Positions 1-25,369 of a stretch of 64,000 nucleotides of DNA are shown piece by piece (the first letter of the stretch is position 1; each line of letters begins with the position of its first letter). Source of the DNA: a bacterium (lineage in GTDB: Bacteria > UBA8248). Location: positions 224,001-288,000 of the forward strand of contig CBDBZY010000051.1 in NCBI GenBank assembly GCA_965213685.1, read 5' to 3'. Both the position numbers and the translations under genes were made by a program. Under the pieces are notes generated by a model. That model was not told the origin of the DNA. It did no database searches and worked only from the letters and a program-made list of their open reading frames with translations.

Positions 1-455
1 ATAACCCCCATTAGCAAGTGATGGGTGGTGGAATGGACTTGCCACCCACCATAGCTAAGAATGTGCAAATCATGACTGCTCTATCAGCGCTGTTGATTGG
101 TGTGTTGCCCTCCCACTCCTGTGTTATTTTTGAGTCACTTCCTCCCTCTCCTCTGAATCCTCCCTCTCCTCCTCCTCTCCCTCTCCCATCCCTATTGTTA
201 TTGGGTCACTTCCTAAGCTCCCTCTCTCGCTCTCTCACCAGTGTTGTTAGGACACTTCCTAAGCTTCCATCCCCCCCTCCCTCTCTCCACTTCTATACTT
301 CTGTGTGTTTAATCACTTCCGAATCTTCCTCTCCCTGTCTCCCTCTCTCACTCCTGTGTTATTACAGAGCCACTCCCTAATTCTCCTCATTCCCCCCCCC
401 CCCCTCTCTCTCTCTCCCTCCCTCCCTTTCTCTTCCTCCCTCCCCACTCCCGCAG

Positions 456-826
456 GCCTACAGTCGAGAACAAAAGCCCTCTAAGCAGATGCGGGAGGAG
501 CTAATGTCAAAGACTGGACTGGACATGAGAGTGATTCAAGTGTGGTTCCAGAACCGCCGCTCCAAGGAGAAGAGAGATGCCATGGCCATGCGTGATGACA
601 CTTCAGCCATTCACACAGCCAGCTCAGCCTCCGTCATGTCTCCCATGGTGAGCAGCTCACCCGTATCCATGGCCATCATCACCTCCTCTGATAACCCCCT
701 CTCCTCGACACTATCAGGTATGGTAGCACTGTTTTTACCCCTACTTGTGGCATGAATTTCTCCCTCCCTCTCCCCCCTCCCCCTCCTCTCTCTGCAGACC
801 CTAGCTCTTCTCTGGCTACTCAGTGA
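456..826 (+). CDS. LIM-class homeobox transcription factor (Lhx1/5- or Lhx3/4-like), last exons; 5' part lies outside the window
   Basis: Exon 456-717 follows a polypyrimidine/cag acceptor and encodes [40 protein letters not shown] (homeodomain helices 2-3 with LIM-HD signature). Probable final exon 798-826 ends in TGA. Confidence 0.85.
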
Positions 827-1197
827 CCTACACACATTAAGGGCCTAGCCTCCTGTGTGTTGACTCACAACTATCACCTACTATAGCTTCTATTCACGCA
901 CCATTTCCATTAACATTCTTTCACGAGTGATTGTATAATTGGCAAGAAATACATACGCGCGTGCGCGGCCTACATGACGCATGCTATTATAGTGTGTGTA
1001 CGTACGTAGGTGTATATATGCGCACGTGATTGAAGTCTTCCCATTCTCGTATACGCGTATACGTGTACCCGCCGCGAGCGCAAGACGGTGGTGACAGCGG
1101 ACGACTCCAGAGAAGACAAACGGTACAATTTGCTATATACCATCCCGGTACGTGTTCAGTTCGCATTGTATTGGATATCTCTCACATTTCCACAGCC

Positions 1198-2056
1198 ATG
1201 AAACACCTGCTGCTACTGCTGACGGCCGCCTTGCTAGCCGTTGGACGGTGCGCGTCTGACACGGTGGGTGACAAATGACGGGAGTAGCCGTCGACTGCAT
1301 GCCCATCATAGCGCCGCTTTACAGTGCATCAACACCAATATAGATACGTAGCCCCGAGAGGTTAGGTATCTAAGACATCATGTATTTACGGATATGTCCA
1401 CCGGTGATTCCTTGCAGTTCGCGTGTACCAACTGCACTACGGAGTACACTCAAGTGATATACCGCCTGCATTTCCCCCATATCAACTGCTACGGGGGCGA
1501 AGGGAGCAGCATTGCACGCCCAGATCCCATCAATGTCAGCCTGCCTGTCCAAGAAAACAATACATACACACTTCAGATGGTTATGGAGGCAGCTACCGAC
1601 CAGGACGAATCCTACCAGTTCAGTGCACAGTACCAGGGTGAGGTGACCGGGTACCTGCTGGAAGCAGTGAATGGAACTGAGGAGAATGGTGACTGTGTGT
1701 GGATCCTCTACTACCAGGCACCGGGGGAAGCAGAGCCAACCCGCCGTGATGAATTTCAGAGTGCTGTGTCCTTTTTTGAGGTCGAATCAGAGAGCACCAT
1801 TGTGCTGTGTTTCCAGAGCACAGTCCCTCCTGAGCCACCGACAACTTCATCCCCCCCCAGCCCATCTCCCAGCCCATCACCCAGTGCTGCTCCACCCGAA
1901 CTGCCCAGCTCCCAGCCTGCCCCAGTGACCTCCCCAACCCCCCCACCTTCCACTGATGCACCAACCATGGGACCGGGGAGTGGCTCTTCACCCTCTAGAC
2001 CAGCTGTTTTTGTTTTCTTGTTTACCATACTTCTCTGTTTGTGTATAATTTTTTAA
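1198..2056 (+). CDS. Secreted, predicted GPI-anchored protein with one transcobalamin C-terminal (beta/DUF4430-like) domain, copy 1 (~234 aa)
   Basis: Exon 1198-1263 is a signal peptide (MKHLLLLLTAALLAVGRCASDT), followed by a phase-0 GT-AG intron and exon 1418-2056. Motif TLQMVMEAA..YQFSAQY..TGYLLEAVNG..CVWILYY..VSFFEVESESTIVLCF, then a Pro/Ser/Thr stalk and a hydrophobic C-terminus with no cytosolic tail. Confidence 0.75.
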
Positions 2057-2421
2057 GTAGATGGATCATAATAATAATAATTGTAAGATATTGTGTTTTG
2101 GTCTTGTCTATTACATTTGGAAGTCAAATTCTCTTGGGATAAGGTGTTAATGGAAGAGCATACCTCTGAAATGCCTGCACCCACCCTGTTCACTCCCACG
2201 TTCTTGGAATGCCGTATATACATACTGTTAGGAGGTGTGCTATTGCACTATTGTATCAGTGAAAGGCGCAGTTGAGTTGCCAGCAGCAGTGCAAGGTACG
2301 AAGAGCGAAGGCCCTGGCTGGAGCATACGTACATTTTATTTGCATTATAATATGCGAGCATTAAACCTTTTTATTTTCTCTCCCCGGACTTTTATCAGTG
2401 CGTGGTATAGGGCGGCTGAAG

Positions 2422-4091
2422 ATGACACCTCCGTTCCACCTTCTTACGCTAGTGCTTCTCACAGGACTCGCTGTCGCAGGCGTGAGTTATGCACGCACCG
2501 TAATAGTATGTACAGGTCCAGCTAACACAACTACCTACATCTAGGGGGTATAGGCATGGACTCACTTGGCAATACATTGATTGAGGCAAAGAACATAAAA
2601 TGTAGTAAACTACATGGATATTAGCCTCGCGAGACGTATGCTGCAAGGACATGAGCTCACTGTGCAATACGTTGATCGAGAAAAATGTTTCTACATGAGT
2701 ATGACATCGTCACGGCTCTGGTGCTGTAAACGTAAGCGCTTGTGTATTACTACAAGCCACTCCCTTTACATTTTGCGCACTTGGTTCATTGCACAAGAAT
2801 GCGCGGAGGAGTTAGGGCGGATAGCTGAAGTGTGCACATGTTTGTCGCGTGGAATACGCTGGGTGGCAGCACCTGTTCAAACTGCTCTGGGTGGGTAGGG
2901 GGCACTAAACAAACAATGGGATGAACACAGTTCATAACATGTACGGAGGCACTGCATGTCGTGATGATGTATCTATATTTTTCTCCCTCTTCCCAGAATG
3001 CTACAAATGACACAACCGAATGCCCGACAGATCCTCCTCCAACTGATCCTCCTACATACTATGGCCCGTACAATGTGATGTATGACATAGAGTATCCAGA
3101 CCAGGACTGCTTTGGATTGATCAATCGCACTATGTCAGTTAACAACGAGACAACCTGGATGCTGGTATACGACGTGCCTAACCCATTTACAACGACAGTT
3201 GAGTTGCAGGCGGATATCACTCATGGTGTGACATATGTTGTACAGGATGTGCTGGAGACAGCAGTAGATGAGAACTCTGATGTGTTCTTCAGTGTCACGT
3301 ACACTGGCTCAGTCACTGGCTACTTTGTCAGAGCCATAAAAGGCCTGAGGAGCAACAATAACTGCAAGTGGTTCCTGTACTACAAAGCACCCAACGTACC
3401 TTACCCCTTCCTGAGAAGCACTGGAGTGTCACTGTTTACAGCCGAGCCCAACTCTACAGTTGTGATGCGCTACCAGTACCCACCAGTCCACCATGTGTTC
3501 TATGAGCTCTACTTCCCTCACGTGAACTGCACTGACCCTGACCTCCCCAGGCCTGCTCCACTCAACATCAGCCTCTACTTTGGTGCACCCAACTACACAT
3601 ACACAGTTCAGAAGGTGATGGAGTTGGCTGTCGACATGGACCGCTCGTATGAGTTTACTGTAACATACTATGGGAAGTCACGAGGGTACGAGATTGACGC
3701 AATAAATGGTACAGACAACCATGAGAAGTGTGTCTGGCACTTCTTCTACCTTCCTGCTCGGATTCCAAGAGAACAAGCTACCATGCAGAGCAACATCTCC
3801 TACTTCAATGTGGAGGCCAACTCAACCATAATAATGAGCTTCCAGGAGCGGCCCACCATTGAGCCTCCTACGGAACCTCCAACTGACCCACCAGAACCTT
3901 CACCCACACCTGAACCCACTGGTGCACCGGTGCCCCCAATGGAGACTCCCACCGCTACGCCGACGCCCGATACCCCCGGCACCACGTTACCTCCTATGCC
4001 ATCGAGATCAGGAGCACCGAAACTCGCAGTGGGAATTCTCGCGCATGTGCTTTCTCTTGCAATATGTCTTGCCTATATGTATGTATTGTAG
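2422..4091 (+). CDS. Secreted, predicted GPI-anchored protein with two tandem transcobalamin-beta/DUF4430-like domains, copy 2 (~384 aa)
   Basis: Exon 2422-2481 is a signal peptide (MTPPFHLLTLVLLTGLAVAG|gtgagt), then a phase-0 intron and exon 2997-4091. Two domains: VVQDVLETAVD..TGYFVRAIKG..CKWFLYY and TVQKVMELAVD..RGYEIDAING..CVWHFFY. PT-rich stalk and hydrophobic end. Confidence 0.78.
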
Positions 4092-4356
4092 AACGTAGCG
4101 AACGACTGAAATTCATGCATACCATATTATAGATGATGTAATGTTTTGCACAATTACTTTTTGCTGAAAAAGCCAGGGTTGGACACCATTGTATTCTCAA
4201 TACGAATCGCGAGAGTATAGAGGTGAGTTACTACTGTTATTTTAGCAAGAGAAGCGCAATTGCTACGGCGGTCGATTCGGCAATACACCCACACAGGGAT
4301 AGCCCTTTGGAAGCCATTCAGCTGCACTGCGAGCGCCCGTTGACATTCGTGCTGAT

Positions 4357-5107
4357 ATGTACCTCAGATCACTTCTCTTCTCGCTGTTGGTGGCGCTCTT
4401 CGCCATTTCTCACGGAGAGGTAAACAGTGCAACTCATCCTCTTCTTTCCTACCCCACCCATCTCTCCCTCCCACCTGGCTCACCCACAGTAGACTACTTC
4501 TTACTTATTTCACACAGCCTTTCTGCCTAAAGAATATCCCTTTCCCCTTCCTCTCCTCTCCCCCTCCTCCCTCCTCCTCCTTCCTCCCTCATCTCTCCTC
4601 TCCTGCCAGGCGGAGCCCCAGGTCAACTACAAACTAGAGTTCTATGTGAACTGCTCTGCTCTCAACGGAACAGTGGAAGAGCTGGGCCCTGTCACTGTTG
4701 AGCTGGAGGACACTCCCTCCACAGTGCAGGATGTCATGGAGCTGGCAGCAGACGATAGCGCTGAGTACCATTTCACCGCCACCTACTACAACCGAAGCAC
4801 TGGCTATGTGATCAATGCTGTCAGTGGGGTGTGGGAGGCTGAGGACTGTCAGTGGTACCTCTGCTACCAGGCCCCTGACGAGCATGCTCCACAGTTCCAG
4901 AGAGGTGCTCGCATCTCAAAATTCATGGTTAAAGCCAACTCTACTGTTGTGCTGAAGTACCAGCCCCCTCCCGCCATCCCACCCTCCCCCACCCCCTCCC
5001 CCACCCCCATGGCAACTGATGATGATGACTCAGCCCCGCCCATTGTTGCAGCCAATCTCCTGGCAGTTCTCCTCTGCCTCTTCATCGGAATGGCCGTACC
5101 ACTCTGA
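4357..5107 (+). CDS. Secreted, predicted GPI-anchored protein with one transcobalamin-beta/DUF4430-like domain, copy 3 (~186 aa)
   Basis: Exon 4357-4419 is a signal peptide (MYLRSLLFSLLVALFAISHGE|gtaaac), then a phase-0 intron and exon 4610-5107: QVNYKL..TVQDVMELAADD..TGYVINAVSG..CQWYLCY..ISKFMVKANSTVVLKY, Pro stalk, hydrophobic tail. Confidence 0.78.
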
Positions 5108-5321
5108 ACACGGCAGTGGCAGCAGCTCTCTATGACGCTGATACTAATTATAGAATTCCATGTAAAATTAGCTGACGCGAAGATGTACGTGTATTAATTT
5201 TAGGATTTTATACTCCACCTGTTATGTGGGCGGGGCCCTCGTAGTGGCCATGTGCGCGTACTGTGTTCGTGGTGCGCCAGTGACTACCTTTATGCCACAC
5301 CCGGCGTAGCGGTAGGTTGAG

Positions 5322-8496
<3,175 letters not shown>

Positions 8497-8748
8497 CTAC
8501 CTGCAACCAACCGCCCAACCATGTCACAGCTCTGTTCACCATTGTATGCGTTTGCCATGACAATCACCATTAATTCTGTGGCTTATTGTGATACATGTAC
8601 ATATGACAATAATTTATTGGTATAATTGCACCTTATGCAGGCCTTCCCCAAACAAGCTGCATGCCAGTCACGTGGGCTGTTGTCACTGTGCATACAAAAT
8701 GCGATGATGTGATGATGGTATAGGACATGCACAAGGAGATCACAGCAG

Positions 8749-10038
8749 CTAGCACTGGGTGCCCTGGGGGTCCACAGTGATGCGTGTGAAGTATGCATTG
8801 CTGGGGAGAACCTGCTGCACGTCATAGCCCTCCTCCACCTCACTCTCCTCCGTGAGGCCGAGCTTGATCACCCCTGAGATGCTGTGCAGGTACACAGGCA
8901 TGGGCTCTTCCTTCCCCCCCACCGTTTCCAGGCCTGTCTCCTTGTCACCTTCCTGGCTCTTCTTGCTCTTCTTCCTAATGTCAGCATACTTGAGGGGGCA
9001 CTTGGTGGATTGCAGTATGGTGCTGTAGCGGCAGCCCCTGCTCTGGCATGGAGTCAGCCTACTCCCAGAGTCAGGAGAGCTAGAGATAAAGAAGGTGTTC
9101 CAGTCAAGGATGAGAGCGTATCGGTACACCCCGAGATAGCGGTATATGCAGTCATTGTACCCCAGGACCTTAGAGAAGTCTCGTATATCCGTCTCGTTAA
9201 GCCACTGAGTCCAAATGTTTACACTGAGATATTTGTCCATGGATGCCTCATATATGAAGGGATTCACAAACCCTCCTCTGTTGAGGAAGGAGTTCTCAGA
9301 TATCATGTGGACGTGTTCCACACCAATCATCTTGAGGTGATGGACCCACTCATAAAACAAGTGGTCCTGGGAGGGAGGAGGGTTGCTTCTCGATAGAGTG
9401 GCAAGGCAGGCCACGATGGATACTGTATCGTTCCTGGCTGGCTGCGAGGGAGGGTTAAACCTCTTTTCAGACTCAGCTGTGTAGATGATTTTATCGTCTG
9501 GGGAGGTCTTGAAGTAGAGGAAGGCTCTCTGGCTGCAGCTGTCGACGGGGAGGTCGTAACAGTCCACCAGCGCGGGGGAGTGGGTTAGCGCCCCTTCACG
9601 GAGGACCCTCACAGCCAGCGAGGAGGTGATGTGGGTGCCCACCTGGCACTCCACCAACAGGTTGTCCTTCACCAGCTCATTCGCCACCTCCACCAGAAAC
9701 ACAGAGGCGTTGCTGTGCCCGTTCCGAGGGCGGGGATCGAAGTGCACGGCGCGGACAATCAACAGCTTGGTGGCCACGGCGTACTCGGTGTGCCAGTTGT
9801 AGTTGGAGCCGTGCTGGGGAAGAACGTAGCCTCCCGCGACGAGCTCGCGTGTTAGGCTGGACGGCTGGCTGCTACGGTAAATGGCAGGGACTCCCATAGG
9901 CAGGGCGCTCATGGACACGCTCCCTCTCGAAAAGGCAAAGTACATCAGTAGAAAGACTAGGGTGATGAGAGGCGGCGCCACCCACACGCACCAACTCCTC
10001 TTCGTTCTCTGCTCCGTGCCTTCGTGAGACTCGCCCAT
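8749..10038 (-). CDS. Intronless type II membrane glycosyltransferase, GT92/DUF23 family-like (429 aa)
   Basis: Short cytosolic N-terminus and one TM helix (WVAPPLITLVFLLMYFAF). GT92-like core: IVACL..EWVHHLKMIGVEHVHM..YNDCIYRYLGVYRYALILDWNTFF. Confidence 0.75.
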   Translation of the reverse strand: MGESHEGTEQRTKRSWCVWVAPPLITLVFLLMYFAFSRGSVSMSALPMGVPAIYRSSQPSSLTRELVAGGYVLPQHGSNYNWHTEYAVATKLLIVRAVHFDPRPRNGHSNASVFLVEVANELVKDNLLVECQVGTHITSSLAVRVLREGALTHSPALVDCYDLPVDSCSQRAFLYFKTSPDDKIIYTAESEKRFNPPSQPARNDTVSIVACLATLSRSNPPPSQDHLFYEWVHHLKMIGVEHVHMISENSFLNRGGFVNPFIYEASMDKYLSVNIWTQWLNETDIRDFSKVLGYNDCIYRYLGVYRYALILDWNTFFISSSPDSGSRLTPCQSRGCRYSTILQSTKCPLKYADIRKKSKKSQEGDKETGLETVGGKEEPMPVYLHSISGVIKLGLTEESEVEEGYDVQQVLPSNAYFTRITVDPQGTQC

Positions 10039-10194
10039 CGCTCTGCACTCTCAAAACGTGCGCGGTTACACCTAGTACCTGTCCACGCTCTGCGCTACTA
10101 TACTACATGCGCACGCATCACACTAGCACTCCTAATGAATACTTTTCCGCCATTCACGTGCACAATTATCAATAGCCATACACAGTACAGCAAT

Positions 10195-13580
<3,386 letters not shown>

Positions 13581-13997
13581 GCCCTTCAGCTCTGGTCTGC
13601 AGCCAGCCAACGTACATGTGTTGTGTTAACCCTTTATGCACCGTTATTCGTATTGGCGCGCGCCACATGACTATAAATTATGTCTACACCGTCGCAACAA
13701 CCCTATTACCATAGATATTTACCCTACGGCACCGTGAGGTAGTAAATATCTATGCTATTACAACTGTACACGTACATAGCTCACGTTCCCTCTCCATTCC
13801 TCTTCCGCTACAGAGCTAGAACACGGTACGTGTGCGTGTGGTGTGAGGCAGGATATAAAACAGCTCTGCAGTCTAGCAGTTATAACTGTAAAAACAGGGC
13901 ACTCTTACAGAAAGCAACAGATGATACACGTCATACAGCTCATGCCCCGCCCCTTGGCAGGAAACGTGAGTGCTAGTATTGTGAGCGAGAGTTAGAT

Positions 13998-20949
<6,952 letters not shown>

Positions 20950-21131
20950 CTCCGCGCCACCGCTGCGTTCTTCCCTCCTGGCCCCCCTGCAGTCCGCACA
21001 GAGAAATCGGCTTCCAGAGCTTGTCGGATGGGGTCTAGGCCCAAATTAGAGAATTAATTGGAGGGGCTCACCCCCGCGCCCGCCGCTTAATCGTGGCTTA
21101 TACTAATAATCTTGCACTGTTAATCAATGAA

Positions 21132-24257
<3,126 letters not shown>

Positions 24258-24264
<7 letters not shown>

Positions 24265-24288
24265 CTTGTTTGTTGTTACCAGAGCAAC
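24258..24288. promoter_or_regulatory. RFX X-box (24275-24288) and YY1-like motif spanning the LRRC74 ATG
   Basis: GTTACCAGAGCAAC fits the X-box consensus GTNRCC(N0-3)RGYAAC. CAAGATGGCGG lies on the minus strand at 24258-24268. Confidence 0.55.
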
Positions 24289-24729
24289 AAGGAAAGCACG
24301 TGACTGAATTGATGCGCGCACGCGCGCAGGTCCATATCAACAGCTGTCCCGGCCAGCACCTTTACTAGGGACAGGAAAGGAACCATCGACTTTTGAGCCT
24401 TAACTGCAAGCTCTAAGCTGCCCTAAAACGCGGTTCCACAGTGCTTTATGCCCATATTCACTACAAGTCAGCTCTGAAACAATCGACCTATATACCTACT
24501 GATTCAAACCTGCCCATGATTGGAGTGTAACCACAGTCCTGGTCATTCCAGGAGTGAAGGATACAAAGTCAGGCCACCGGCTCTATCCAAATAATAAAAA
24601 GAGCAGGAATAGAGAATGTTCTACTTATAGCAATTTTAGAAAGGCAGAAAAAAAGAAGTAAATCATTAGAAACCAAGGAAAAAAGAGGAAAATGCGGTGG
24701 CTATCGTGGGTTGTGCCCGTACCTGCTAA

Positions 24730-25140
24730 CTCTTTGTTGTGTTTTTTTGTATGCATGTGTTTGTTTGCTTGTTTTTCTTTTTTTTGGGGGGGGAGGGGGG
24801 GGTTGTTTGTTGTGTATTGTTGTGTATTGCATTGTATTATGCTGTGTTGTATGGGACATCAATTTTTGTATTGTTTTGTTTGTAATATTTGCTTTTAAAA
24901 ATTTTGTATTTCTGCAACCCAGTTTATGTAAATTCTTGCACCCATGAAAAAATAGAGAGAAAAAGGAGAAAAGAGAGAAAAAAAGGAAAGAAAAAGAGAA
25001 AAGAAAAAACAAAATGGAAAAAGAAGAAGAAAAACAAAGAAAAAGAAAAACAAAACAAATGAAAAAGAAAAAGAAAAACAAACAAATGAAAAAAGAAAAA
25101 GGAAGAAAAACAATGAAAAAAAAAGGAAAAGAAAACAAAA
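24730..25140. repeat. T-rich then A-rich low-complexity tract between LRRC74 and SFSWAP
   Basis: ttgt-rich block followed by an aaag/aaac-rich block. Confidence 0.75.
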
Positions 25141-25273
25141 GGGACGGCCTACGAGGTGAGTTGCGCTAGCCTAGGCACAATTTTCGATTATAAAGCCGAA
25201 CATTATTTGCCGCGTAGCCGCTTCGTGGGTGGAGCCTGGTATGGCCAGTCTGATTCCCAGACCGTCCGTTTAA

Positions 25274-25283
25274 GCGCATGCGC
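25274..25283. promoter_or_regulatory. NRF1-type palindrome in SFSWAP promoter
   Basis: GCGCATGCGC about 90 bp upstream of the ATG. Confidence 0.5.
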
Positions 25284-25369
25284 CTATTAGGACAGCTGTT
25301 TGCGCGCGGTTCTTTCTGTCCCTAGCCGCTGTGTGGTAGTGTAGCGAGGCAACAAGTTTACTGTTAGGG

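Noticed and set aside
18-380. 120-aa ORF at the window start
   Set aside because: Mostly pyrimidine-rich low-complexity sequence within the homeobox gene's intron; no supportable product.
24692-25138. Phe-rich hydrophobic ORFs resembling membrane proteins
   Set aside because: Artefacts of the A/T-rich low-complexity tract.
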